From a virus (Duplodnaviria > Caudoviricetes): 25,460 bases of DNA. Positions 14,140-24,588 of this stretch are shown here, piece by piece. The stretch spans positions 1 to 25,460 of the IMG/VR virus record IMGVR_UViG_3300005528_000178; one strand, written 5' to 3'. Each line of letters begins with the position of its first letter. The first letter of the stretch is position 1. A model generated the notes under the pieces. It was not told where the DNA came from, did no database searches, and worked only from the letters and a program-made list of their open reading frames with translations. A program made the translations under genes and the position numbers.

Positions 14140-16580
14140 TGTCGGCATTCACCTCCTCTATCCCCAATCTGCTTAACGGGGTAAGCACCCAAGCTGCATC
14201 CCTGAGATTGGTCACTCAGGGGGATGAACAGATCAACGGGTACTCTACCCTCACCAAGGGTCTCCTCAAGCGACCCCCGGCACACCTTATCAAGAACGTA
14301 GGTGCTGTCACTGGTGCCTCTTCTGCATTCACTCATATCATCAACCGTGACGCCGTAGAACGCTACGTGGTCTTCATCACCAACGGTGACCTCAAGGTGT
14401 TCGATCTGGCTGGTAACGAGAAGACCGTCAACTTCCCCAACGGGAAGACCTACCTCAACAACAGTGACCCCAAGAAGGGCTTCGCTGTCACCACCATCGC
14501 TGACTACACGTTCATCTCTAACAAGTCCGTAGTGACTGCGATGAGGTCGGCCACTGAGCCTACTCGTCCCTTTGAAGCTCTTGTTGCTGTCATGGCGGGT
14601 AACTACGCCCGTAAGTATGAGATCATCATCAACGGCTCCACTAGGTCACAGTGTACCACCCCTGATGGAAGTAACCGTTTCCATCTACAGTATATCGATA
14701 CAACTGTCATCGCTCAAACTCTTGCGTATGGCCTGACCAACTCTTACTCCAACTCTGGTGCTAGTTCATTCCAAGGAGAGTTTGGTGCTGGAGGTTCTCA
14801 GTATGATAATACGTCAGCAAGCGGCACTGGTATAGCTGCTTCTGCACCGTGGACGGTAACCCGCTACGGTAACTCTATCTACATCAAGAACTCCTCAACA
14901 GACTTCACCATCACGACCAACGATGGCTTCAACAACAACGCCATGAAGTCCGTGAAGGGGAAGACACAGCGTTTCTCTAATCTCCCTGAGTATACTGAGA
15001 ACGGTATGGTGGTTGAGATTTCGGGAGAGAGTTCCAACAACTTCGACAACTACTGGGTCAAGTACGAGAGTGATGGCCGTGTGTGGAAGGAGACGCGCAA
15101 GCCTGGTGTCAAGCTTGGCTTTGATGCAGCGACCATGCCTTACATCCTCGTCCGTGAGAGCAACGGCTCCTTCACGTTCAAACAAGCAATATGGGGTGAT
15201 CGACTGGTAGGTGATGAGGAGAAGTCCCCGGAACCCTCCTTCATCGGTCAGGCCATCAACGATGTCTTCCTCCACCGCAACAGACTTGGTTTCGTGGCTG
15301 GAGAGAACACCGTCATGTCTGCCTCAGGTGACTTCTTTAACTTCTGGCGCAGGACGCTCACGACGATCCTCGACACTGATCCCATCGATATCGGCTCCTC
15401 GTTCCCCAAGGTTGCCATCCTCAAGTACGCCTCGTCCTTCAACGGTGACCTCTTGTGCTTCGCTGAGAACGCTCAGTTCCGCATCACTGGTGGTGATCTA
15501 CTGACCCCCAAGAGTGCAGCCATCAGGCTCCTTGGTGAATTCTCAGTGGACGTTGGGTGTAAACCCGTGTCCTCCGGTTCCTTCATGTACTGGGTGGGCA
15601 AGGACAATGACCGCGCTGTGGTGCGAGAGTTGTGGCTTGATGAGACTGGGACTATCCAGACACCTCTTGAAGCGAACTCCCACTGCCCTGACTACGTTCC
15701 CAAGAACATCTTCAAGATGACCTCCTCGACTGAACTCAACATGACTGTTGGGTTATCCACGGAACGCCAGAGTAGTCTCTATGTGTACAAGTACTACTGG
15801 TCTGGACGAGAGAAACCTCAGGCTTCGTGGAGCCGTTGGGAATTCGGAGCGACCATCCTGTCCTGTGACTTCATTGACACTGACCTGTGGCTTGTCCTTC
15901 TGGATGGGACTGATGTCCGTATCGTGAAGGTCCCCTGTCAGGTGGATGCCGTGGACACTGGAATGACCTTCCAGATTTACCTCGACCAGCGCGTTGAGTT
16001 GTCCGGTGGTACCTATGATGTCGGTAATGACCGCACCTCCTACACGATGCCCTATACGGTGACATCTAGTGTCGAGGCGTGGACTGGTTACTCTGGCACT
16101 GGGACCTACAAACCGGGACACAAGTTGCTGGTAGACAGCTTCACTGGAACCACCATCCGACTGGAGGGTGATACCAGGAACGAGAAGGTCTACGCTGGCT
16201 TCCCGTATACGTTCCGCTACAGGTTTTCCCCGCTGTACGTCAGGAAGAACGGGGATAGTGGTCCTCTTGTTATCACTGAAGGCCGCACTCAGGTCCTCCG
16301 TATGAGGCTCACGTTCTCCGACACCTCCTACTTCACTGTAGAGGTGACGCCTGAGAACAGGGCCAAGTTCACCTACGACAGCGCAGTCAACGCATGGTCA
16401 CTTGATGATCCCATGATGAAGACTGAGGAGCTTGTCTTGGAGGAGAGTGATTACTCCTTCCCTGTGAAGTGCGAGAACACTCGCGTAGCAATCGACATCC
16501 TCAATGACCAGGCTGTCCCATCAGGCATCATCAGTGCCGAATGGGTGGGTCTCTGGTACCCCAAGACTAGGAGAATATGA
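14139..16580 (+). CDS. Tail tubular protein B, T7 gp12-like
   Basis: SIPNLLNGVSTQ, GLLKRPP, HIINRD..ERY, W.DRLVGD...PSF, RNRLGF and Q.SWSRWEF. Confidence 0.94.
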   Translation: MSAFTSSIPNLLNGVSTQAASLRLVTQGDEQINGYSTLTKGLLKRPPAHLIKNVGAVTGASSAFTHIINRDAVERYVVFITNGDLKVFDLAGNEKTVNFPNGKTYLNNSDPKKGFAVTTIADYTFISNKSVVTAMRSATEPTRPFEALVAVMAGNYARKYEIIINGSTRSQCTTPDGSNRFHLQYIDTTVIAQTLAYGLTNSYSNSGASSFQGEFGAGGSQYDNTSASGTGIAASAPWTVTRYGNSIYIKNSSTDFTITTNDGFNNNAMKSVKGKTQRFSNLPEYTENGMVVEISGESSNNFDNYWVKYESDGRVWKETRKPGVKLGFDAATMPYILVRESNGSFTFKQAIWGDRLVGDEEKSPEPSFIGQAINDVFLHRNRLGFVAGENTVMSASGDFFNFWRRTLTTILDTDPIDIGSSFPKVAILKYASSFNGDLLCFAENAQFRITGGDLLTPKSAAIRLLGEFSVDVGCKPVSSGSFMYWVGKDNDRAVVRELWLDETGTIQTPLEANSHCPDYVPKNIFKMTSSTELNMTVGLSTERQSSLYVYKYYWSGREKPQASWSRWEFGATILSCDFIDTDLWLVLLDGTDVRIVKVPCQVDAVDTGMTFQIYLDQRVELSGGTYDVGNDRTSYTMPYTVTSSVEAWTGYSGTGTYKPGHKLLVDSFTGTTIRLEGDTRNEKVYAGFPYTFRYRFSPLYVRKNGDSGPLVITEGRTQVLRMRLTFSDTSYFTVEVTPENRAKFTYDSAVNAWSLDDPMMKTEELVLEESDYSFPVKCENTRVAIDILNDQAVPSGIISAEWVGLWYPKTRRI

Positions 16581-17023
16581 CCTACAACATCAGGGCGGCG
16601 TCTGTAATGGACGCTGCCATCATCGCCCCGCTTCTCCGTGAAGCAGACAAGAACGAGATCACTGCTATGATTGGATGGGACGCACAGTCTGCCATCGAGT
16701 ATTCGATCCGTAACAGCGACGAAGCGTTCATCGCTACCCGCCCTGATGGTCATCCTATTCTCATCGCTGGTGTAGGGGAGGGTATACCGTGGATGCTCGG
16801 TACTCCCCTTGTCAGCAAGTATGGCAAGTCGCTCGTCAAGGAAGGCCGGAAGAAGGTCCGTGAATGGACTGACAAGTACGACTACCTAACAAACTACGTT
16901 GATGTGAGGAACTCTACCCATGTCATGTGGCTATCCTACATGGGGTTCACAATCGAGTTCGCCCATCACTTCATTGGGGCTGATCGTAATGTCCCATTCT
17001 ATAGGTTTTACAGGAGCAACTAA
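16577..17023 (+). CDS. T7 gp13-like protein (GNAT-like fold)
   Basis: LREADKNEI, PWMLGT and L.NYVDVRN..HV.WL..MGF; synteny. Confidence 0.8.
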   Translation: MTYNIRAASVMDAAIIAPLLREADKNEITAMIGWDAQSAIEYSIRNSDEAFIATRPDGHPILIAGVGEGIPWMLGTPLVSKYGKSLVKEGRKKVREWTDKYDYLTNYVDVRNSTHVMWLSYMGFTIEFAHHFIGADRNVPFYRFYRSN

Positions 17024-17569
17024 ATGTGCATCATGCTAGGTGCTGGTGCTATGGCGGGCTTGCAGCTTGCAATCGGTGCAGCCTCCACTGTGGTTGGTTT
17101 CATCGGACAGCAACAGCAGTACAAGGCACAGCAAGCCATGTACAACGAGAACGCCAAGAACGCACAACAGATGGCGCGTGAACAGTACGCGCACACTCAG
17201 AACCGCTGGCGTCAGGAAAGCGCAGCGGCTTCAATGGAGAAGCAGAACGCCAACGTCGATGCGATGGAAGGCCGCGCTACGGCTGCTGTCGCTGCTGGCG
17301 AGAGCGGCGTACAGGGTCTATCAGTCAACCAGTTCCTTGCCTCTTACTACGCGAAGCAGGGACGGTTCAATGACGCTGTCGATCAGAACTACCAGATGAA
17401 CCGCGACTACCTCTGGGCCTCTATGGATCAAACCAAGAACCAGGCGCAGTCGCAGATCAATTCCATGCCTAAGCCCACCAAACCGTCCTTCTTGGATGCT
17501 GCTATCCGCATCGCTGGACAGGGACTTGAGGCTGCTGGCACTTACAATCAGATGAGAGGATACGCTTAA
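17024..17569 (+). CDS. Internal virion protein, T7 gp14-like
   Basis: MC start, hydrophobic Ala/Gly N-terminus, Gln-rich helical body, AAGESGVQGLSV motif. Confidence 0.82.
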   Translation: MCIMLGAGAMAGLQLAIGAASTVVGFIGQQQQYKAQQAMYNENAKNAQQMAREQYAHTQNRWRQESAAASMEKQNANVDAMEGRATAAVAAGESGVQGLSVNQFLASYYAKQGRFNDAVDQNYQMNRDYLWASMDQTKNQAQSQINSMPKPTKPSFLDAAIRIAGQGLEAAGTYNQMRGYA

Positions 17570-20500
17570 TGGCAAGTCCTGGTCGCGTACAGGTGCGCGA
17601 GTTTGAGCGGGAAGGGCAACTTAATCCCGCTCCTGTAGTTAATGTAGTCCCTGTCGCACCCGTCAATCGTGATGGGGCCGGGAAGAACCTCATGAGCATC
17701 GCTGATGCCTTGTCAGGTCTCAGCACCAGCTTTGGCCGCTTCGCTGTCAACAACGCTGCCTACGGAAAGCAGGAGCGCGACAAGGCAGGAACCACTGCCG
17801 CCAACTACGCGATGGGTCAGTCCCCTGATGAGTTGATGGCAGACATGGCTGCTAATCCTCAGAAGTATGGCGCTGAGCAAATGCAGTTGATGTTCGCTGA
17901 CAAGATGGCAGTGAAGTGGAGTGAGAACCTCCCTGCGCTCTACGAAGAATGGGACAAGCAGGGGAATTTCCAAGACTTCGTGTCGGGTAAACAGGCTCAG
18001 TTCGTACAAGAGAACTTCCCCGGTTATGCCAACGATGAGAAGTTCATTGGGTACTTCAACAAGGCTGTGGAGCCTTATAATTCTCGGATGGCTAATGCTC
18101 ATGGCGTGGAAACGTCGAAGCAGTTCGCCGCTGAGAAGGTTGATCTTATCACCTCCCATATTACCAACATGGTTGCTGAAGGACAGAACAAGGGCATCTC
18201 CCCTTCCATCATGTCAGCAAGCATCTTCCGCGAACTCCAGAGCCTCGCGCCTTGGAAGAGCATGAGTGGCGAGGACAGAGACAAGCTGATCCTTGGGTAT
18301 GTCGAAAGCCTCACGAACAACCCTAACGCAACCAAGGAAGACAGAGAACTCGCTGAGCGTCTTCTGAAGATGCCTCGTCCTGTGGACCACACTGCCCCCG
18401 CTAGGAACACCACTGGTGGCTCTATCCGCTACGACAAGCAGTGGCAGATGGCTGGTGTGAAGTCTGATGTGGCGGATCGCGCCCGTAAGGCTTCTGCGAT
18501 GTTTGGTCGTGAGCTGGTAGTGCAGTCAGGTCACCGTAGTAAGGAGTACAATTCTTCTGTTGGGGGTGCCAAGGGTAGCCGCCACATGCACGGAGACGCC
18601 TTGGACATCTCAATGGCTGGGATGACTGACGCTGAGAAGAAGAAGCTTGTAGCATCACTCTCCGCTGCTGGCTTCAAGCGCATCATTGGCTATGGTGGAA
18701 TGAACGCCATCCATGTCGATATGGCTGAAGGGTATACCAACAGCCCAAACGCCAAGGTCGCTGATGGTATCTACGTTATGTGGAACAAGTCAGAGAGCAA
18801 CAACGGAAGCGCACCTCAGTGGTACAAGGAAGGCATCATTGAAGGCATGGCTGGTGGAGTTGTTTCTGATGCTCCCTCCACTGGTGAAATCCCTTCTCTC
18901 TACGACAACCCCAAATACACCACTCAGGCACAGTCGCTACTCGATGCTATGGACACCAATTTCCGTGTACGGAACTGGAAGGTAACGTCTGAGCTTGAGA
19001 CTGAGTTCAACAATACGTTCATGGCTAATCCTCTGACGGCAACCTCCGCACAGATGGATGAGTTCCAGAAGAAGGCTGAAGATTACTTCACCCCTGATCA
19101 GTTGATGAACTTGAAGCAGAGGTTTGAAGCCGAGAAGATCAAAGCCCAACAGAAGGTACAGTCGCAACAGGCGCATGTTGAACAGAAGAAGTATGTCGTT
19201 GAAGACGCCTTGAGAGCAATCGAGACTGGCGTAACAAGCGGCGAAGACAGCGGGATGTCTGCCCTGATCGACGGTGTGGAAATCGCCAGCGACAAGGAAC
19301 CCGGTAAGACCACTACCTTCTCCGCTGAAGAGGTGAAGAAGGAAGCTACCAACGCTCTGTTCGCAGCCGCTGAACAGAAGTTCCCCGGTAACATCCAAGC
19401 ACAGGTCCTATTCATGACGCCCTACCTCAAGAAGGGGCAACTGAAGACAGACAGGTGGAAGGATCAGATTTCCCAACTGATGCTGGCTAACAGTGCAGAG
19501 AAGTTGAAGGAAGGACTGTCTGATCAGGACAAGGCTACCGCTGAACTGCTTGGAGCATTGATGGAGACAGGTGAAATCCCGTTCGTCAACTCTATCACCC
19601 CTGAGGGTGGGAGGACGTTCGTGGATGTCTTTGCTCTCAAGAAGTCCTCAGGTCTAACCAACGAGGAAGCTCTTCGTCAGACCTATCTGCTGATGAGTGA
19701 TCCTGACAGACCTGGTCGTGCATTCGCAGATGTCGAGCAAGTCCGCAATGGGTGGAACCATAATGCGTCCTTTGTGGAACGTATGGAAAGCGTTCAAGGT
19801 GGTGAGCTTCTCCGTAAGAGGCTCCAGACGCTTGCCCTTGCTGGTGCTGATGTCAAAGACGAGAATGTTGTCGAACAGGCTGCTGAGTGGGTGAACACCA
19901 ACCATGTGAAGGTTGGTCGTATGTTCATCCCCAAGCGGATCATGGGGTGGGGGGATAACACCGGAGAGGACATCAAGGGCATCATCGAGGACATCGTTCC
20001 AAAGATCGGTGACAAGATGTACCCGCCAGTGGAAGACCTTGAGAACGTCACATTGATCGAGGTGCCTGATGGGTACGCTCTTATCGACATGAACACAGGC
20101 AACCCCTTCTATGCCAAGGGACCACGCGGAGAAGTGGACCGAACAAAGACGTTTGTCATTCGCAAGGATGACGTTGATGCCTTCCGTAAGGTTCGTAATG
20201 CCCGCGCTACAATCCCTGCTGAGGTCTATCAGGAACGGTTTATCAATGCTGCTGGCAAGAAGGTCATGATCGAGGAGATTGTGATCGATGGTCGCGGTAT
20301 CGATACATTCTTCTCTCCGGGTACTGAGAAGGTCATCAAGCGTCCAGCAACCCCTGCTGAGATCATTGAGATGGAAGATGAGGCCAACGCCAAGTCTACT
20401 GCTGAAGCTGTGTCTACGGCTACACAGAAAGAGATCGAAGCTTCTCCGACCACTAAGGTCCAAGAAGGTACGGCTACTCTGGATGAGCGCATCGATGCTG

Positions 20501-20595
20501 CACGTTCGTTCTTCCCTGAACTACAGGACAAGAGCGACGAAGAAGTAATACAGTTCCTCAAGGATAGGGGAGCTATTCCTAACAAACAGGAGTAA
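17569..20595 (+). CDS. Internal virion protein (gp15 position) with an inserted peptidase M15-like domain
   Basis: Synteny. The internal SGHRS..YN..VGGAKGSRHMHGDALDI...IHVD is the Zn-peptidase M15 signature (H-x6-D...H). Confidence 0.82.
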   Translation: MASPGRVQVREFEREGQLNPAPVVNVVPVAPVNRDGAGKNLMSIADALSGLSTSFGRFAVNNAAYGKQERDKAGTTAANYAMGQSPDELMADMAANPQKYGAEQMQLMFADKMAVKWSENLPALYEEWDKQGNFQDFVSGKQAQFVQENFPGYANDEKFIGYFNKAVEPYNSRMANAHGVETSKQFAAEKVDLITSHITNMVAEGQNKGISPSIMSASIFRELQSLAPWKSMSGEDRDKLILGYVESLTNNPNATKEDRELAERLLKMPRPVDHTAPARNTTGGSIRYDKQWQMAGVKSDVADRARKASAMFGRELVVQSGHRSKEYNSSVGGAKGSRHMHGDALDISMAGMTDAEKKKLVASLSAAGFKRIIGYGGMNAIHVDMAEGYTNSPNAKVADGIYVMWNKSESNNGSAPQWYKEGIIEGMAGGVVSDAPSTGEIPSLYDNPKYTTQAQSLLDAMDTNFRVRNWKVTSELETEFNNTFMANPLTATSAQMDEFQKKAEDYFTPDQLMNLKQRFEAEKIKAQQKVQSQQAHVEQKKYVVEDALRAIETGVTSGEDSGMSALIDGVEIASDKEPGKTTTFSAEEVKKEATNALFAAAEQKFPGNIQAQVLFMTPYLKKGQLKTDRWKDQISQLMLANSAEKLKEGLSDQDKATAELLGALMETGEIPFVNSITPEGGRTFVDVFALKKSSGLTNEEALRQTYLLMSDPDRPGRAFADVEQVRNGWNHNASFVERMESVQGGELLRKRLQTLALAGADVKDENVVEQAAEWVNTNHVKVGRMFIPKRIMGWGDNTGEDIKGIIEDIVPKIGDKMYPPVEDLENVTLIEVPDGYALIDMNTGNPFYAKGPRGEVDRTKTFVIRKDDVDAFRKVRNARATIPAEVYQERFINAAGKKVMIEEIVIDGRGIDTFFSPGTEKVIKRPATPAEIIEMEDEANAKSTAEAVSTATQKEIEASPTTKVQEGTATLDERIDAARSFFPELQDKSDEEVIQFLKDRGAIPNKQE

Positions 20596-20597
20596 CA

Positions 20598-23500
20598 ATG
20601 CAAGACGAACTCCGGTTGGCTATCATCGAAGAAGCCAAGCGTATCGGAGCTAACCCTCACGACTTTGCTACGGTGATTTCGTATGAAACCGGAGGAACCT
20701 TCGATCCTTGGAAAGATGGTCCTACTACCCAGTGGGGCCAGCACAAGGGCTTCATCCAGATGGGTGAACCTCAGCGCCAGAAGTATGGGTACACGGAAGG
20801 TAAGTCCGTCCGTGAACTGGTTAAGTCTTCTGCCGACTATCTTGTAGACAATGGTTACAAGCCAGGAATGGGCCTACTGGACATGTACTCCACCATTAAC
20901 GCTGGAGGACCTGGGAAGTACAATGCCTCAGACGCCAACAACGGTGGCGCTCCGGGGACTGTAGCCGACAAGGTCTACGGCCAGATGGGTGGACACAAGG
21001 ACAAGGCTATGGCTCTGCTTGGGGGGACTTATGTCCCTCCAGCACCCTCCAGTCCACTGATGACCCCCTCTAGGCAGGGTGTCACGAACTCTAGTCCTGT
21101 AGAGGGAGTTGATCATAGCTGGCTGGCTGACTTTGTCCCCGTCAAACATGAAAGCCCTCAGCAGGAATACTTCCGCAACGCCTACATGAACCCTGACCCT
21201 CCGGGTTATCTTGGGAGCTTGCCCACTGCCTTTGCCAACGATTGGTCACCGAACATGATCGCTGATCACTTGGCATCGTCAGGGTTTGATCCCGATCCCA
21301 ACTTTGACAACATTGCCAGACAGGACGCTCTCAAGCAGCTTACCAAAGGCAAGGTATATCCTGAGGAGATGTTGAACTCCTTTGGTGAAGCCCAGTCGAG
21401 GGCTGAGATGCAAGCTATGGCTAGTGTCTTTGACCAGCAGCTTGAGCGTGAGCGTGTTCTCTCGTCAGCAGGATGGTCTGGCTTAGGCGCGTCTATGACC
21501 GCTGCTATCCTCGATCCTATCGCTATTGGTGCTTCTGTGCTTACTGAAGGCGCTCTGGCTCCTGTCATCTACGCTGCTAAGGCTGGTCGCCTTGCCCGTA
21601 TCGGTGAGGCTGCACTGATGGGTGGTGTGAGTAATATCGCTGCTGAGGCTGCCATAGACGCTGTGGACAACAGGTCTAGGTCTGTCAGCGACTACGCCAT
21701 AGCTTTTGGCGCTGGTGCTGCACTGCTTGGTTCTTTCAAGACTTGGTCCACTAGGGGTTCGTCCCTTGGCCCTCGACTGACTGAAACTGCCAACAGGATG
21801 ATCAACCCCAGAGTTCCCAATCAGTCCACCGCTGGTGCCGCTCAAGTGGGCTACGCTACCTTCGACAACCTTGGAAGCATTGGTAGTCTGACTGACGCTG
21901 ATGTCCCCCAAGCTGCGATGGTCAATGCCCGATTGGACAACGCTGCATGGACAGGCCGTCACCATCCCACCGCTAGGTTCCTTGGTCGTACCCTGATGGA
22001 GGACCCTCTTGGCCGTGACGCCGCTGGTAACGTCCTCAACACCGCTGATGTTACAAGCGTAGAGAAGGCTATGATGTACCATAGGGAGGTGAACAACCTT
22101 CGTCGCTCCCTTGTTACGCCTTACACTGAGTGGGCCAAGGAGAATGGTATGATGGCAATGGGCATGTTCAAGACGAACAAGTCTTGGCTTGCCTTCGGTG
22201 ACTACCTTGGTGGGTTTGAACCTGGTACTCCGGGGTATGCAAACCTCGCTTCTCAGCCGGCTTACGTCCGCAAGGCAGTGAGTGAACTGGACAGTTTCTA
22301 TTCTCGTTGGGATGCCCATATCAAGAACCCCGGAGAGGAACTAGGGAAGACCTATAGACCACTCCCGTGGGGGTCTAGGTCCAACTATCGTCCAATGATG
22401 GTGGATCACGATGCCGTCCTTCGCATGATCGAAACGCACGGCAGGGACAAGCTCCAGCGAGCTATCGCCTACGCCATGCAGGATGTGCTTGAGAACCTCG
22501 ATGAACGCCTCGCCAATAAGTTTGCGCGAGGGTACATGGAGAACCTCATCAAGTCAGGATATGGCAACGTAGATCAACTCAACCATGCTCTTGCTGGAAG
22601 GGACAGGGGTGAACTCCTGCGGTTCATCACTGAAGAACTCCAGTGGGACAAGAGTGACGATGATGTTGATGCGCTGATCGGGAAGATCATGCAGAAGAAC
22701 AAGGACGATGAAACCAGTGGCAACCCTGCCCGTGGTAAACATCGTACAGCAATCAACTACAACTTCGTTGCTTCATGGGTGGAACCCAACGGCGACGAGG
22801 TGTCAATCCCCATCCGTGATCTCTTCTCTCGCAATCAGATACAGATGGCTGAGAGATATGCTGATCAGGTTTCTGGTCACATCGCCCTAGCCCGTCTTGT
22901 CGCCAAGGACCCCCGTACAGGGGAAACCATGATCAACGGTATCACTACTCGATCTGAGTGGAACGCTCTCATACGCGAGACGCACGAAGCAATGATCAGA
23001 GATGGTGTGAAACCAGCGGAAGCTGATGAAACCATCCGCCGTCTTGAGTATGTCTACGATCACATCACAGGCAAGCCAAGGCTCGGAGCCGCTGCTAACA
23101 CTGCTTGGGCAGCGACGATGAGGCGTGTCTCTGGGACAATGTTTGTCAGGCTCATGCAGAACATGGGTCTGTATCAGTTCCAAGAGATTGCCCACATCCC
23201 TGCCGCAGTTGGTTTCCACGCAATGTTCAAGGCCATCCCTTCGATGCGTCTTGTGATGACTGCCAAGGGTGCAGAACGAAAAGCTCTGATCCCTGAGTTG
23301 ATGGCTCTGCAAGGACTTGGGGATGACAGTATCCTCAACTTCACCAAGGGACACTTCCTTGAGGAAGCCTTCGGTGAAACCAGAGGCAACGCTGCTGGAC
23401 GCATGTTCGACAATGCGCTGGCGGTGGGTAAGCGTATGACCAGCAAGATTTCCTTGTTCAATGTGGCTAACTCCATGTCTCACCAGATGGCTATGACAAC

Positions 23501-24530
23501 CATCGCTCAGAGGTTTGGACTGCTGGCTATGAAGCACAAGGATAAGCTGGTCGCCAAGCAGACCCCTCGCATGAAAGCTGTAACCAAGTCCAAGGTAGTG
23601 AATGGTAAGGTTGTCCAAGAGACAACTGAAGTTCCAGTCTTGGACGATCTTGGGAAGCCTGTGTTCGACACCACCTACGACTTCAAGGTTGATGATATCA
23701 ACTCTTGGTTTGGCAGGAAGGATGCAGATCGTATGCGGATGATGGGGTTCGATGACAAGTCCCTCGCTGAGGTACTGAAGAACATCTATCAGAACGCTGA
23801 GTTCACCCAAGGTGGACGATTGGTCTACATGAACTTTGAGAAGTGGGACCCTGTTGCAAGGGCAAGGTTTGCCCGTGCGCTGTACTCTTGGACTGGCAGG
23901 GTGATCCAGAGGAACGATGTGGGTTCTCTTGCGAAGTGGATGACAACTCCGCTTGCAGGTATGATCTTCCAGTTCCGCTCCTTCGTCATGGGGGCCTGGG
24001 GTAAGCAGACGCTACACAATATTGCGAACTTCGATCCTCGCGCTATGGCAGTCCTGATGTCTCAGGTTGGTGCTGGTACAATGATGTACTATCTCCAAGG
24101 GAAGGCTCGTTCTCTCGGTAAGGAAGACCCTGACGAGTACATGGATGACACCATCCTCAAGGGGAACCTTACTGATACTCAGGCTGAAGCCTTGGTGCTT
24201 GGAGGTATTGGGCGTACTGGTGCGTCTTCCATTCTTCCCATGCTTGTCGATACTGCGATGCCTTGGATCACCGGTGATAGCCTCTTTGCTAACTCCAGAA
24301 GCTCTACTCAGGCAAGCGACCTGATCCTTGGGTCGCCAGCAGTGTCCACGTATAACGATGTCATGGCAACGCTTACTTCAGTTGGTGACATGGTCCGTGA
24401 GGGGCGTACCCCTTCGCAGCCGGAGTTACGGAAGATGGGTAGACTGTTGGGGGTATGGCTTCCGTTCACCATCGGTCTCGATAAGGTTATTCAAGACTAC
24501 CCCAAGTACACTCCTAAAGAACCTAAATAA
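20598..24530 (+). CDS. Internal virion protein (gp16 position) with an N-terminal lysozyme/transglycosylase-like domain
   Basis: 1310 aa, directly before the tail fiber. N-terminal VISYETGGTFDP...GFIQMG...Y...Y..INAG; C-terminal P..G.IFQFRSF motif. Confidence 0.82.
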   Translation: MQDELRLAIIEEAKRIGANPHDFATVISYETGGTFDPWKDGPTTQWGQHKGFIQMGEPQRQKYGYTEGKSVRELVKSSADYLVDNGYKPGMGLLDMYSTINAGGPGKYNASDANNGGAPGTVADKVYGQMGGHKDKAMALLGGTYVPPAPSSPLMTPSRQGVTNSSPVEGVDHSWLADFVPVKHESPQQEYFRNAYMNPDPPGYLGSLPTAFANDWSPNMIADHLASSGFDPDPNFDNIARQDALKQLTKGKVYPEEMLNSFGEAQSRAEMQAMASVFDQQLERERVLSSAGWSGLGASMTAAILDPIAIGASVLTEGALAPVIYAAKAGRLARIGEAALMGGVSNIAAEAAIDAVDNRSRSVSDYAIAFGAGAALLGSFKTWSTRGSSLGPRLTETANRMINPRVPNQSTAGAAQVGYATFDNLGSIGSLTDADVPQAAMVNARLDNAAWTGRHHPTARFLGRTLMEDPLGRDAAGNVLNTADVTSVEKAMMYHREVNNLRRSLVTPYTEWAKENGMMAMGMFKTNKSWLAFGDYLGGFEPGTPGYANLASQPAYVRKAVSELDSFYSRWDAHIKNPGEELGKTYRPLPWGSRSNYRPMMVDHDAVLRMIETHGRDKLQRAIAYAMQDVLENLDERLANKFARGYMENLIKSGYGNVDQLNHALAGRDRGELLRFITEELQWDKSDDDVDALIGKIMQKNKDDETSGNPARGKHRTAINYNFVASWVEPNGDEVSIPIRDLFSRNQIQMAERYADQVSGHIALARLVAKDPRTGETMINGITTRSEWNALIRETHEAMIRDGVKPAEADETIRRLEYVYDHITGKPRLGAAANTAWAATMRRVSGTMFVRLMQNMGLYQFQEIAHIPAAVGFHAMFKAIPSMRLVMTAKGAERKALIPELMALQGLGDDSILNFTKGHFLEEAFGETRGNAAGRMFDNALAVGKRMTSKISLFNVANSMSHQMAMTTIAQRFGLLAMKHKDKLVAKQTPRMKAVTKSKVVNGKVVQETTEVPVLDDLGKPVFDTTYDFKVDDINSWFGRKDADRMRMMGFDDKSLAEVLKNIYQNAEFTQGGRLVYMNFEKWDPVARARFARALYSWTGRVIQRNDVGSLAKWMTTPLAGMIFQFRSFVMGAWGKQTLHNIANFDPRAMAVLMSQVGAGTMMYYLQGKARSLGKEDPDEYMDDTILKGNLTDTQAEALVLGGIGRTGASSILPMLVDTAMPWITGDSLFANSRSSTQASDLILGSPAVSTYNDVMATLTSVGDMVREGRTPSQPELRKMGRLLGVWLPFTIGLDKVIQDYPKYTPKEPK

Positions 24531-24538
24531 ACCTAAGT

Positions 24539-24561
24539 GAGGGGGCTTCTAAGGCTCCCTC
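24539..24561 (+). terminator. Hairpin between the gp16-like gene and the tail fiber (weak terminator or processing site)
   Basis: GAGGGGGCTT-CTA-AGGCTCCCTC followed by a pyrimidine (TC) tract rather than a clean U run. Confidence 0.4.
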
Positions 24562-24588
24562 TCTCCTCTCTATCAATCAGGGAAATCG

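Noticed and set aside
8094-24588. A repeated 20-23-nt phage RNA polymerase promoter consensus
   Set aside because: No repeated motif was evident by eye in the few intergenic gaps; a whole-genome motif search is needed.
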